64,000 nt of DNA from the human T2T-CHM13v2.0 reference genome, Homo sapiens. The stretch lies in the NCBI RefSeq assembly GCF_009914755.1, contig NC_060927.1; one strand, written 5' to 3'. The first letter of the stretch is position 1. The number at the start of each line of letters is the position of its first letter. Positions 1 to 13,219 of this stretch are shown here, in pieces. Under the pieces are notes generated by a model. It had not been told where the DNA came from, searched no databases, and saw nothing but the letters and a program-made list of their open reading frames with translations. A program made the position numbers and the translations under genes.

Positions 1-262
1 GTCTCACTCTGTCACCCAGGCTAGAGTGCAGTGGTGTGATCTTGGCTCACTGCAACTTCCACCTCCTGGATTCAAGCGATTCTCATGCCTCAACCACCTG
101 AGTAGCTGAAATTACAGGCATGCACCACCATGCCTGGCTAATTAGTAGAGACAGGGTTTTGCCATGTTGACCAGGCTGGTCTCAAACTCCTGGCCTCAAG
201 GGATCCACCTGCCTCAGTCTCCCAAAGTACAAGGATTACAGGCATGAGCCACTACACCCAGT
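1..262 (-). mobile_element. Alu (truncated by window start)
   Basis: Reverse-complement Alu consensus (GTCTCACTCTGTCACCCAGGCT...GGATTACAGGCATGAGCCAC). Confidence 0.9.
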
Positions 263-266
263 CTAA

Positions 267-570
267 CTTTGTTTTGTTTGTTTGTTTGTTTTAGAGACAG
301 AGTCTCGCTCTGTTGCCCAGGCTGGAGTGCAGTGGCGTAATCCCAGCTCACCACAGCCTCAAACTCCCAGACTCAAATGATCCTCTCCCCACAGCCTCCT
401 GAGTAGCTAGGACTACGTGTGTGCGCCACCACACCCAGCTAATTCTTATAAAACATTTTGCAGAGATGGGGTGGGGTCTTGCTACTTTGCCCAGGCTGGT
501 CTCAAACTCCTAAACTCAACCAATGCCCCCACCTTGCTTGGATTACAGGCATGAGCCACCATGTCTGGCC
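267..570 (-). mobile_element. AluJ-like element with (TTTG)n tail
   Basis: Alu consensus, diverged; tandem with the previous Alu. Confidence 0.9.
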
Positions 571-1429
571 TGTAATTAATATTTTTAAAGAGGGAAAATG
601 AAAGAGAACAAAATAAGAAAATAAAGGAGAGAGAGTTGGGGGAAGAGCGAATGAAAGTTAAAACTGGAAGTAGAGAGAGGAGGGGAGGGGAAGGGACGAA
701 AGGGGTGGGAAGGGAACAGGTGCAGAAACACCTTGTGGTCCTCTCTCCTCCCAACTGCCAATCTCTCCCCAGTCCCCATCAGCCTGGGGCAGACAAGCAG
801 AAATCCAAGGGCTCTGCAGGTTTCTCTCCCGTTAAGATTTCAATTCCTGTCCTGGTGCCTGCCTGCCCCCAGCCATGGCCTCCTTTGGAGCGCTTCATTC
901 CCTTTATCAGAGAGGACCAGAAAGGACCTCAGCGCTGGCCCTGTGCCTGGCCCACTGATTGCCAATTGTTTCTGAAGGAGCATTTAACGGTGGGCTTTCC
1001 CTCTCCCAGAACTATTCTAGGAACGTCAATAGCTTCCGTTTGGGATAAAAATGCTGAATCCATTTTTTTCTCCTAAATAATGATATTGTGATTAGCTGCC
1101 ACTCTCATGGCAAGTAATGAGAGCACAGCGAGCGTTTGCTGCTTCTGGATTTCCTAAGATAGAGATGTGTGGATGCCATGAGCCTTAATGGGACAGCCAC
1201 TCCATGCTAGGTCTTGAGTGCACAAACTCCTTCCGCCTCTCAACACCTCTCTTGAGTATTCACGGCTGTGCCCATGCAAGAAAGGAAGAGACTGAGGCCC
1301 AGCTAGGAAGTCCTACAGGAACTGGGGCCTTCTGACTCCAAGGCCAGGATTCTTGCCTCTGGATTCCACTACCCACTACTCTTGGAAGGTGAAAATCCCA
1401 GAAAATGAATAAGGTCTCAGGGTAAGGCT

Positions 1430-1945
1430 CACTGGCAAAGCCCCATCAGGCATAAGCTACCTTTGCCGTGCCCACTCCTTTCCCACTGAAGGAGACGCAG
1501 TGTGCCACTCGTATCTCTAGACTTTACCTTTCCCAGCTGGTCTGGCCGACCTTCCACCACCATTGCCTGCACCTCTGTGCCTGGGGGCTTTTCTATAACC
1601 CCAGAAGGCTGTTGTGCCCAAGTGCTCGCTAGTCCAGAGACTGAGAAACCTGAGAAGCAGCCCTCAACTGATGGCTGGCAGGATCTGGTGTACAAATACC
1701 CCAGCTCCCTCTCTCCTTGAGTAGGATAATTCTGAGGTGCATGTGCTACGCTATTTCCTAGAGTTTCCTCCAGACAATTAAACTCTGGTTGCCCACCCCT
1801 GGTAGCTGGCTCAATCATACACCCTATATTGGCTGCCTTCCTTTCCCAATCTCACTTCCCTACCCAGGTTCTCTGCATCTCCCAAATAAACTGCCTGCAC
1901 TCAAGTCCTCATCTCAGGGTATGCTTCTGGGAAAGACCAAACAAT
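1430..1945 (+). mobile_element. Old ERVL-type solo LTR (LTR16/LTR33-like; family uncertain)
   Basis: 3' end AATAAACTGCCTGCACTCAAGTCCTCATCTCAGGGTATGCTTCTGGGAA resembles ERVL LTR ends. Confidence 0.5.
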
Positions 1946-2439
1946 AACCTCCTTCAGAAGCTGAGATCCAGACACACTCTAACAGAAGCTTTGGTCACCA
2001 ACAATATGTCTTCTAGAAGGAACTTTCTAAGACTCAGATCCAATCACATCCTTCTCCAGGACTCCTACACTAAGTTCAAACTCTTTCAAGTGGTATCTGG
2101 ACATATATAAAGGTTTTGCCTGTTCAGCAACCATTTTCCCTGACCTAGTTACAACCCTCAATTGGGCACGAGGGTAGGAAATTACTTCTCCAAATTCAGT
2201 CCTAACAAGACACAGGATAGTATCATGGTCGAGACTAGTGGATCTGAATCCTGCCTAGGGGACCTAGGGCAAGTACGTCACTTCACTGAGCCTCCAGTCT
2301 TTATATGATGGGCAACAAGGATGGGACCACCCACACGGGGTCTCATGTGGATTAAATGAGTTCATACACACAAAGGGTTGAGTATAATAGCTGGCAGTAC
2401 CTGGCATGTGGTTCAGGTGGGTTAATTCCACCCCAGGTT

Positions 2440-2835
2440 CCGTAGAAATGGGGTGGATGTGAATCAAGCTTAGCCAGAAAAAGACAAATACCTCTGACCA
2501 CAACGACTGGCTCAGGAATGAGTCTGTGGGCCAAGTTAGCCCCATGAGAACCAGCCCTAGGAATTTGCCGGAAAGGCTGGGAATGAAAGAGTCTTTCCTC
2601 TTGAGAGGATAAGGGTGTTTGTCTAGAACTGCTGACAGCCATGCTGTCAACACGTGGGGAGAATGAAGCCAACTCTCAGGGAAGCAGAGCTGAGAAATGG
2701 AGGCTGGGGGCGGGGATGGATCCAGCCATGCTGACAAGATATACTCCTGGCATTTTAGCTGTGCAAGTCGATAAATTTCATTTGATGTTTCAGGTGGTTT
2801 CAGCTCAGATTCCATCTCCTGCAAGCAAAAGAATT
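2440..2835. mobile_element. MLT1-like MaLR LTR fragment (related copy in opposite orientation at about 11020-11500)
   Basis: Shared diverged motifs (GGATCCAGCCATGCTGA vs TCAGGTATGGCTGGATCC). Confidence 0.45.
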
Positions 2836-2880
2836 TAGGATGGAGTCACACTCTAGATCTGAATTGAATGAGTCAGATGG

Positions 2881-3111
2881 CCCTTTGACATCCTAAGGCC
2901 AGTGACTTCTAGGTTTTATCTTTAGCCAAATAAAAATTGTATCAAAATAATCAGTAGCCCTTTGACATTCTAAGGCCAATGACTTCTAGGTTTTATCTTT
3001 AGCCACGCAAAAATTGTATCAAAATAATCAGTAGCCCTTTAACATCCTAAGGCCAGTGACTTCCAGGTTTTATCTTTAGCCACACAAAAATTATATCAAA
3101 ATAATCAGTAG
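2881..3111. repeat. Tandem repeat, 77-bp unit x3
   Basis: Units start at 2881, 2958 and 3035 (CCCTTTGACATCCTAAGGCC...ATCAAAATAATCAGTAG), with few substitutions. Confidence 0.95.
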
Positions 3112-4027
3112 AAGTCCAGCTTATAAAAGTGCAACTGTACTAGTTGAATTCAAGATAGATACCCTTGAGCCCCTCAAAGTAGGGTGCATGATTGAGCCAG
3201 CTACCAGGGTGGGCAATAGGAGTTCAATTGCATGGGGGAAACTCTATCACACAAGGAAATATCACTCACATGTAACTGCCTCCCAGAGGCACCTCCACAG
3301 GAAGATCCAGGGATCAGTGGGGTCCCAGGACTGGGACCATTGTCCTGTACCACCCCTGTAACAATCCAGCTGAACAAACAGAAAGTCCAAGAGGGAAAGT
3401 GACTTGCCCAGAATCACATGTTTGAGTGACAGCTGGAATCCAGGTGAGCCACTCTCTGCACCTCCCCGACCGTATTTTTTAAGTTTCTGTGACTCACACG
3501 CCACATCAAAAAGGTTTTTTTTGAAACATTCATGCCACTGTTTAGGAATTTTGCCAGGACTGCACGTACTCAGATTGTCATTGACTTAATATCTTTCTTT
3601 AAATAAATCCCTACTTTTAAACTACAATAAACTTATTTAAAAGGAAACATTCCACCACTGCCACTACAAATAGAAAGCTAATATCCCTTGCCAAAATAGA
3701 AATTGTTAAAATAAATACAACAAAAATAACAAACAAAGAGCAATGTTATTAAATTCCAGCCAGACTCCGTTTCAGGAAGGAAGCTGAGGCCAGCTCTGTA
3801 TTGAAAAAGGAGATTAGCAAGGATTGGAGAGGTGTTAAATTCATGGCAGCACCACTGTGAGACTTTCTTTTTCATGTGAACAGAAGGATTAGGTGTGAAT
3901 TGAAGAGGAGGTCACTTTCCACGTTTGCGAGTCTGTGTCATCTAGTGCCAGGTCCAGGTCTCACCCGGAATCCTCTCCTGGCCCTCTAGTGGTAGAATCT
4001 GACACTAGGGAAAATTCTGCCATAGGC

Positions 4028-4190
4028 CAGTGCTTCTGCAACTTTAATGTGCAGGTGAGTTTCCTGGGGTTTTGTTAAATGCAGATTCTAATTAAACAGA
4101 TTGGAGATGAAGGGCCGAGATTCTGCATAATAGTAAGTTCCCAGGTGAGGCCAATGCAGCTGATGGTCCATGGATTACACTTTGAGGACA
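4028..4190. mobile_element. MER5A-like hAT-Charlie DNA transposon relic
   Basis: TTGTTAAATGCAGATTC...CCCAGGTGA...ACACTTTGAG motifs. Confidence 0.7.
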
Positions 4191-4198
4191 GTCTAGAC

Positions 4199-4416
4199 CA
4201 GGGGTCAGCAAACTATGAATTATCAGCCAAGTCTGCAGCCCCACAACCTGTTTTTGTGACTAAAGTCTTCTTAGAACACTGCCATGCTCGCTTGCTTATA
4301 TATTATCTTGTGGATTACACAGCAGAGTTGAATAGTTGCAACAGAGATCTTACGGCCTGCAAACCCTAAAATATTTACTACCTGGTCTTCTTCCAAGGAA
4401 GTTTGCTGACCCCCTG
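4199..4416. mobile_element. MER58A (hAT) with 8-bp TSD GTCTAGAC
   Basis: TIRs CAGGGGTCAGCAAACT / AGTTTGCTGACCCCCTG; TSD at 4191-4198 and 4417-4424. Confidence 0.85.
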
Positions 4417-4722
4417 GTCTAGACAGCAGACCCTTAGGCCTTCACAGGTCCCTGACTGCCAAGGCCATAGGGAAAGGGGCCCGGCAACATGTCCAACTGT
4501 CATCTTGGCCACCCACTCCTCAGCAAAGGCAGGCACTAAAAAACTTTTTTTTTTTTAATGTAAGTAAAGGTGCCCGTATAGAATGCAGTATCAACAAGAG
4601 TAGCAATGGGTAAATATTTTAATAGGTTAAGGATCAGGGTTGTCAGATGAGGAATTAAATTGCCTTTGAACCCTCTGAGTGAAAGGGTTGCAGACCATCC
4701 CTTAGCACCATGGATGTGGAAC

Positions 4723-4815
4723 CAGAGCCCTGTGCCCGTCGCCTTCGGCCTCAGAGCCCTGTGCCCGTCGCCTTTGGCCTCAGAGCCCTGTGCATGTCGC
4801 CTTCGGCCTCAGAGC
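4723..4815. repeat. Minisatellite, 29-bp unit x3.2
   Basis: CAGAGCCCTGTGCCCGTCGCCTTCGGCCT at 4723, 4752, 4781 and partially at 4810. Confidence 0.95.
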
Positions 4816-4879
4816 TCCTTCTTGTTGAAAGAGGCAGGTTTGGCTTCTTAGTAATGGAGACTCAGAGCTCTTAAATGGG

Positions 4880-5525
4880 CTGCTGGCAAATCTACCAAAG
4901 TTCAACACACACCTCCCCAGGACCTGCAATCCCACTCCTAGGTATTAGAAAGACAATTCTGCAAGTGAGTCTTGGCCTAAAAATGCATGGCTTTTTATCA
5001 AGAAATCAGTAAGTGTGGAAGAAGAACCACTGAACAGAAGTGCATTCACATGTGCACCTGAGGGCATGTATAAAAATGTTCTCAGCAGCACTATTTAGAG
5101 TACCCTGGAGCAGAAAACAATCCAGTGTCCATCAACTGGAGAATGGAAAAATACATTGCAACATATCTGTACAAGGGAATACTATACAGACCTGAAAATA
5201 ACAAATGATTGCTACATCCAACGGCAAGGATAAATCTCACCAACATGATGTGGAATGAAAGAAGCCAGGCACATGAGAGTATGACACTATTTGTGTGAAG
5301 TTCAAGGACAGGCAAAACTAACTTATGGTAATGGAAGTCATTATAGTGGCTACCTTTTGGGGTGATATATTGACTGGGAATCTCTGGGAAGGTAAAAATG
5401 TTCTACAGCTTGCTCCAGCAGTAGGTACATGGATGGGTGTACCTGTAAAATGTCACTGAGCTATACACTCAGAATTAGAGCTCTTTCTGCACTTTATTGC
5501 ATGTTATACCCCAATTTGAAAAACT
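4880..5525 (+). mobile_element. Old L1M 3' fragment
   Basis: GCAATCCCACTCCTAGGTAT, AAAACAATCCAGTGTCCATCAAC and GGAATACTATACA motifs. Confidence 0.7.
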
Positions 5526-5974
5526 TTTTCATAGGCTGCTAGCCAGCCCAGCAGATAAGGTGTGTTGGCTACTGTGGGTCACTCCAGCCCCATGGAGAGG
5601 CAAGAAAGCAAGTTGATGAGATCTAGTGGCTGGTGGCTTTTGTCACCACCAATTATGGGTGCAGTGGGGTCAGGGAGGCACCCAAGGGCCTGGCAGCAGG
5701 GAAGTTATTCTCCCATCTTCTTCTTAGAAGCACATTCTTCACAGATGCTTATCTCAAGAGCTGCTTCCAAGGTGATATCATTTTTAAAAGCCACCAAAAG
5801 CCCTCTCCTAGGACTGCCTTTGTATAAACTGCCACATTTGGCTGGGCACAAGGCACTTGGTATGCATTGCTCTGTTGAACCCAGGCAACCAGCCCTAGAA
5901 GCAGAGACACAAGCAGGGATGTTGAGGAACTTGCCATAGGCCACACGGCTGTGAGGACATGCTGTGATTTTTAA

Positions 5975-6193
5975 CTCTTTCCTTCCTTTCTTCCTTCTTT
6001 CTTTCCTTCCTTCCTTCCTTCCTTCCTCCCTCTTTTCTTTTCTTTTCCTATTCTTTCTTTCTTTCTTTATCTTGGTAGATATGGGCCCTCACTATGTTGG
6101 CCAGGCTAGTCTCGAACTCCTTGCCTCAAGTGATCCTCCTACCTCGGCCTCCCAAAGTGGTAAGATTACAGGTGTAAACCATTGTGCCCAGCC
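5975..6193 (-). mobile_element. FLAM/Alu monomer with (TTCC/TTTC)n microsatellite tail
   Basis: Alu left arm at 6072-6193; pyrimidine microsatellite at 5975-6070. Confidence 0.85.
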
Positions 6194-6794
6194 ACCCTTT
6201 CTTAATTACTCTAACAGCCATACTTGCATCTGCACCACACATCAGTGCTCTATAGATAAGACCAAGAAAAAATCCTTACATAGGTGTGACACTTTATACA
6301 TATGAAGGCACTTTCTACATAGTAAGAAAATGGTTAGAAGCCCAAGCTAAACTATTTGATTTCAAATCTCATCTCTAGCAGTTCTAGGTGTGCTTTTGGG
6401 CAAGTGATTTAACCTCTCTGTGCCTGTTTCCTCACCTGTAAAATGAGGCTATTGATAGCACCTATCTCACAGGCTTGTCTAAGGATTGCTGTACAGCTGC
6501 TTGAATATTCTCTGGCACAGTAGGCTCTCAGTAATGTTAGCTATTCACATGTTAGTCAATACAAGTCAGCATTTACCGAGCCCTCTCCACTACTGCAGGT
6601 GACCTCATTCAGATTTCAGGGCCATACTGGGAGTCTCTATCTCATTCCCATTTCACAGACCATGAAAAAGAAGTTTGAAGAAATCAGTGCCTTTCCCGAA
6701 CAGAGGCCCCAAGAGAGTAAGCAGCTCACCAGGGTTTAAACCAGGTCTTACTGGCTGTGTGACCTTGGACAAGTTGTTTCATCCTTTGAGTCTT

Positions 6795-6900
6795 TTATTT
6801 TTTATACTTTAAGTTCTAGGGTACATGTACACAATGTGCAGGTTTGTTACATGTGTATACGTGTGCCATGTTGGTTTGCTGCACCCATTAGCCTGTGGTG
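6795..6900 (-). mobile_element. Very short L1PA 3' end inserted in a MIR; TSD GAGTCTT
   Basis: TTATACTTTAAGTTCTAGGGTACATGT...GCTGCACCCATTA is the reverse complement of the L1PA 3' terminus; TSD at 6788-6794 and 6901-6907. Confidence 0.85.
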
Positions 6901-7495
6901 GAGTCTTAATCTATAAAAAGGGAACAACACCACCCATTTTATGGGGTCTTTTGGTGGAGGATTGCAGTGGTTAATGTGAATGGCTCCAGCACTAAGAGAA
7001 CCTCCATAAATACTTACATAGTTACTTGGTATTTTAAAGACATGACTTGCCCACGGTCGCATAGCTCCTGGATAACTCTCTGGGATGTGAATCCAGTCTT
7101 CCCTCCCCAGTGTCCACATTCTTTCCACAGCATGGACTGCCTCTTTGTGCCTTCCTTCCAGGCCTGTCTTTCCTCCAGCCCAACCACCTCGCTGCCCTCC
7201 AGATAAGCCTTGGGTTTCCAGATAGCCATGCATCAGTGTCCTCGGTGTGCAGCACACAGGATCCAGTCTGTGTTAGCTGTCAGACACCACAGGTGACCGG
7301 TGACATTCCAATCCTTGCCAACTGGGCAGGGCTCTTATTCCCAGGAGGCTGGCACTGCCCGGGGAAGAAAAAATAAGGGGTTTTGAACTCTGAGCCCTGC
7401 TCCTCACATCCTGTCCATTGAGGGGTGGACGCCCAGGCCCTCAAAAATTTATACTTGAGTGAGACACAAATGCATGGTTTTCCTTAGTGCCTTCA

Positions 7496-7826
<331 letters not shown>

Positions 7827-10800
7827 TTATTGCACGGGTCAGAGGTGTCCTGGTGGCACCCAAGCTGAAACCTGCAGAGTAAGAAAGAGTTTACCAGGAG
7901 AAGAGGGAGGATGAGGGAACAGTGTTTCCAGCAGAGGGAACAGCATATATGAAGGCCCAGAGGTAGAAGCCTTTTGAGGGGCACTGAAAGTAGCCTCATT
8001 TGGCTGGATGCAGGCAATGAGCGTGGAAGGGAACTCAAGAGTCCCAGGCACCCCGCGAGAGAATGTAAGGGTCACAGTCAACAAGTATTGAGCCCTGCTG
8101 TGTGTAGCAGTCCAAGGGAAAACAGTCCCTGCCCCCACCAAAGGGAGAGTGGTAAGAAGCTGAAGGAAGGCAGTAGTAAGGTCTGTGTGGGAGTTTCAGT
8201 GGAGAAGAAATCATATGTAGTTGGGAAAAAATCAGTCAAGATTCTTGGAGGTGGTAGCATTTGAGATTGACCTTGAACCTCAACTAGAATCTTGTCAGCT
8301 GGGGAGGTAGGGCATGGATATTCCTTGCAATTCACAGCAGAACAATGAACATATACTGAGCATTTACCACATACCAGGGCGTTAGCTGGCTTTCTCCAAG
8401 CAACCTTCTGAGGTAGAGACTACTATCATTCGCACTTTATAGAGAGAAAACTGAGGCCTAGAAAGGGGAGGTCACATGTCCAAGGTCTGTCTAGCTCAAA
8501 GACAGCATAATACCTACAGTACAATGTGCCGTGGAGAAATGTTTATGAAGCCATCTCCTGGGGGCAGGCTCATCTCCATGGCTGCTCTTGGCCTGTCTTT
8601 TCATGCGCTGCCCATTTGGAGGCATGTGCCTGTTGAGTGTTTAAGTATTGATCTCAGCATGGTATGACAGGCACAAATATTTAAACATTCAGCAGTGAGG
8701 CCTCGTTGCCCAAGATCTGTCCCAGCGTGACTCGGGGACAGAATAACAAAATGAACTTAGGTCTTATTATCTCCTGCGAGGCTTATTGTGGTTTCTCAAG
8801 TGATTACGCACATTAATGCAGGGACTCCTTTTGCTAATGGGGGAATTTCTGGCATGGAGGGGGGTGTGGTTAAGGTAATAACATTTCTTCTGAAAACAAA
8901 AAAAATGAAGGCCTGCTTCCCTACAGGGGATATTTTCTTAGGTTGAAGGGGGACTTCTCAGTGTTACTACAATTTTGGAAAGCCTGGAATATGGGATTCT
9001 TTGTTGTCATGGAGACAGAGTCTGCTATGAGCAGCAGATGGGGTCCTGGACAGAGGGCCTGGACAACGGGCAGGAGAGCAAAGCAGGTTGGTGACAAGTC
9101 TGGGGGTCCTGACTCCCAGATTGGGTCTCTTCCCAGATCGTCACCTATAGCCTAATGAGAGGCTCTCTGGGGCGGCAGAAAAACTCCCTGGCAGGATTCA
9201 TGAGCTTACAGGCCCAGAGCCCTGGCTTTGGAGGAGCCCAGGCCTGAGCTGAGATCCAGTCTCTGCTCCTCTCCTACTGTGTGTCTCTGGGCCAGTGGTT
9301 CGTCCTCTCTACACCTCTGTTTCCCCATGTGTCAATCATTACCATGCAGCAAGTGCTCAAAAATGTAGCTAGTAGGCATGGTTTTCGTGGCTTTGCCAGC
9401 AGATAGCCAAGTACCCTCAGGCAAGTCAGTGCCTCTCTCTGGGCCTCAGTTTACCTGCAAAAGCATTCAACTAGCTAATATCTAAGGACCATTTCTAGCC
9501 TAATGGCCTGTGAGTCTATGACTCAATGAACTCTCCCAACTCGAGAAAGAGAGAGGACTATGATAATGACATTCACAATCGACATTTCCACCATCTATTG
9601 GGTGCCTACTATGCGCTGGGAACCCTGCTGGGCACCAGGTCCTCCTCGTCTCACACCTACAGTGCAGCCTCCTGACAATCTTCTCACTTCTGATCTTCTC
9701 CCTTTTAATCCATCCTGCATACCTGGCCAGTTTCAGCTTTCTTAAACGCTGCCTGCTCCTTTGCTCCAGAACACTCAGTGGCTCCCCAGTGCCCCTCAAG
9801 GTCAAGACCCAACTCCTTAATGTGGCAAGCGAACCTTCCATGCTCAAGCCCTTCCCTTTGTCATGGACTCTCTGACAGACTGTGTTGTCTCTTTGTCTAG
9901 TCCTCCCCATTCCTCGTACTCAGTAGGTGCTCAATAAATATTTGTCGAGTGAATGAACACATGGATAAAATGTTTCTCTAAATTAGGCTACTCAAACTTT
10001 AGTCCTTTGCAAAGCAGCCACAAGAGTTTTGCAAAAATCTGCACACCATGTCTATTTTTATTTACTTAAATATTTTCCTTTTTTAGATTAAATAAATGTA
10101 TCTCAAAAGGAAACTTTACATCATGCTATAACTAGAAGGCCAATATTACTTGCCAGAAATAGGTCTCCATTAAAATAAATACAAGGACAAATGAGCAAAG
10201 CATTCAATTCTAACTAGATACTGTTGTCTACCAAAGCTGGCAGCCTCTCAGTTAAAATGGGATTAGTCAGTGCTTTGGAGAGGTGTTAAAGACTAAACCA
10301 GCACCAACCTGAGACTTGCCCATTGACAGAAATCACAAGGATGTAACAAAGGGATGAATAGGGGAGAACTGTTTCACTCCAAGTTATTTCACTCCACTGA
10401 AAATTATCCTACCTACCATCAGAGGTTGGCAGCCTACATTTTGGAAACCTTGTTCTACAGAGCCCACAGCTCCAGCTCAGGAGGTATGCATATGAGTTCT
10501 CTGAAAGACTTCAACTCAGGCTTTTTGAAAGAGTATTGGAAGCCCTGCATGCAACTACCTCGCCTTCACAATATAGTGTCCCTATCTGAAGTCTCACTGC
10601 ACCAGAGACAGCTCTCAGAGCTCGACTGTGATAAGAGTTTGTTGGAAACCATCTTCCTGGTGGAATAATGAGCTCTCCCCATCCTTGCAGAGATGCAGAC
10701 ATACGCTGGACAGTCATGGGTGTAGGGCAGGGGCAGGGAATGCCAGCGGGGGCAGGGAATGTCATGGAGATAATTCAAGCATCAGATGGTCAGCCTATGA

Positions 10801-12813
10801 AATTGACCTGATAGCTAGAGTTTGCTTTCATATGTAAGCAAAACAAATCCAGAGGGATGAAAAGAGAGAGGAATTCATTTCTGGTCAGCAACGTAGAAAA
10901 AACAGAGAGACAATTGTGAATGAGGTTACCCAGAAAACACGAAGGACAAAAGGGGGATGGGAATGGCTATTATTATTCCTTTTTATAATGCTTCATAATT
11001 CTCAATCCAACACTGGATTCATGAAGACTATTTTGGTTTTAAGCAACATAAACTGAATTCAAACTTGTGTAGCATAGGAAAAACAATTTAATGATATAAA
11101 TAGCTGACACTGCCTTCAGGTATGGCTGGATCCAGGGACCTGATATACATCAAGACTCACTCCACTCTCTGTCTCTCAGTTCTGCTCTCCTCTATGTTGG
11201 CTTCATTTTAGGTCGGGTCTGCTCAAGTTCTGCAAAGATGGCTGCCAACACCTCTATGCTTAGGAGCTTTGGTGGAGATTGAGTTTCTGTTTGACAATAG
11301 TTTTAGCAAAAGTCCCAGACAGAGTTCTCATTGGCCCAGCATATGTCACATGTCCCCTCATTGAGGTCAGAGTGATGTGCTCTGATTATCTGTGCCCTGG
11401 GTCACATGTCTGTCTCCAGGAGGAGGGAGCCCCACCCAACCATATTGAATATGAGTGAAGGAGGGGAAGTTTCCCAAATGAAAATTGAGGTTCTGTCACC
11501 CAAAGAAGTTGAAATGAATGTCAGGCAAGCAAAAGTAGCCTTCATTTTTGCTACCCTTGTATCTCCACTCAAAGCTATGCCCCACATCTCCATCCAGACA
11601 GCTCCTACTCATCCTTCAGACCTCAGTTCAAATGGCGCTTCCTTGAGGAAACCTTCCCAAACCATCCCACACTAGACTGGAATCCCCTGCTGGACTAGAA
11701 TCCCCTGCATGTGTGCTCCTGGCAGAGCTTGTCATTCTGGGTTTGTGCGGTTATTTGATGAAAGCCTGTCTCCCATACTGGACTGGCATCACCTTGAAAG
11801 CTGTGGCCTGTCTTGTCCATCGCTCTGTCCCTGGAGCCTAGGACAGTGCCTGGCACACAGGTGGAACTCGGGAAATATTTATTTGAAATACCAACGGAAG
11901 TCCACAGCACATATGACCTGGTGATCAGTGGTGGGAGGTGAATGGGTCAAGAAAGACACCAAGATTCCCTGCTCATGAGTGAGAGTGTGGGGAAACAGAA
12001 GAAGTCAGGGTGACCTTGGTGAGCACTGCCCTGGGGGACTCGAGGATGGATGAAAGCAGGGAGGAGGCCAGATTAGGTGGGGTAGAGGACCTGAGGTCCA
12101 TCAGCAAAGGCCATCCCTGGGGACAAAGAGAGGAGGGGAAGAGTAGGTCTGGGCTGGAGAGAAGGAATCTTTTCTCTGAGTTCCTGGGGACCCCAGAGGG
12201 AAGGGCAGATGTGGCCCCATTCCCAGAAGCCTTTATAAAAGAGGGTGGGGAGGTCAGGCCTTGGCAAGGACAAGGGAAGGAGTCCCTACGTGCTGGATTG
12301 GGATTGGCTGGAAAGGGGACTTCTCTGGGAGAATCCCTCAAACCTCAAGAACTGAGAGAAGGGTGTCTGGGGCTCCTGCCACCATCCCTGTTTCCCTTTT
12401 AAGTAATCTGTTTCCCCATCTGTCCATCCATACACACAGCCACTTGTGTCTCCATGACCAACCGCTGGCAGTGGAAGGGTGTCCTTCCCACCCCCACTCT
12501 TACACACACTCCCAGCTGGTACCCAGAGCCTGGTCACCCCAGGCCAGGCCTGTGTTTCCAGGTGTAACGGGCAGCAGACGCTGCCCTAGGACTAGAGCAG
12601 GGAGGGGGCACGGGCCCACCCCAACCCACAGCGACCCACAGAGGGCGAAAAGAGGACGACCGCAGAGAGAAACGGAAAGGACAGGCCAACGGAAGCAGTG
12701 CTGCAAGGCTGGAAGGAGAAAAGCCAGGAGGGGAGTGCTTGCTGTGAAAGACAGGGAGACAGAGACCAAGACGGACAGGCAGACAGGCTGGTGACCCAGG
12801 ATGAGGCCGGAAA

Positions 12814-13030
12814 GAGCCATCAAAGGAAGGAGAAGGAAGGAGAGAGATTGGAGCGGGACGGCGGGGCAGGCGAGGGAAGGAGGGGGTGGGGAGAGGGAGG
12901 GAGGAAGAGAGGGGAGAAAGAGGGAGGAAGAGAGGGGAGAAGGAGGGAGAAGAGAGCGGGAGAATGCGAGAGGAAAGAAGGGAGAGGGGAGGCGTAGAAG
13001 GGGAGAGGAGGTGAAGGGAAAAGGAGAGAG
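12814..13030 (+). repeat. GA-rich polypurine low-complexity tract in promoter
   Basis: About 215 nt, strongly G/A-rich (GGAGAGGGAGGGAGGAAGAGAGG...). Confidence 0.9.
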
Positions 13031-13219
13031 CCTGCTGGCGGCGAAGCTGCAAGAGGCAGCTGCGGAGGGAGCGCGCGGCGCGGGCCGGGGGAGCGCTGGG
13101 CGGGGGCGGGCGGTGCGGGCAGGGCCCTCCCCGAGCTGGGCGGGCTCCGGGCGCCGCGGGCCCCGCCCTCCCCCTCCATCCCTCCGGTCTCGCTCCCCCC
13201 TCCTCTCCCTTCCCCGCGT

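Noticed and set aside
2881-4815. CRISPR-like arrays
   Set aside because: Repeats are directly tandem without unique spacers, in a mammalian genome.
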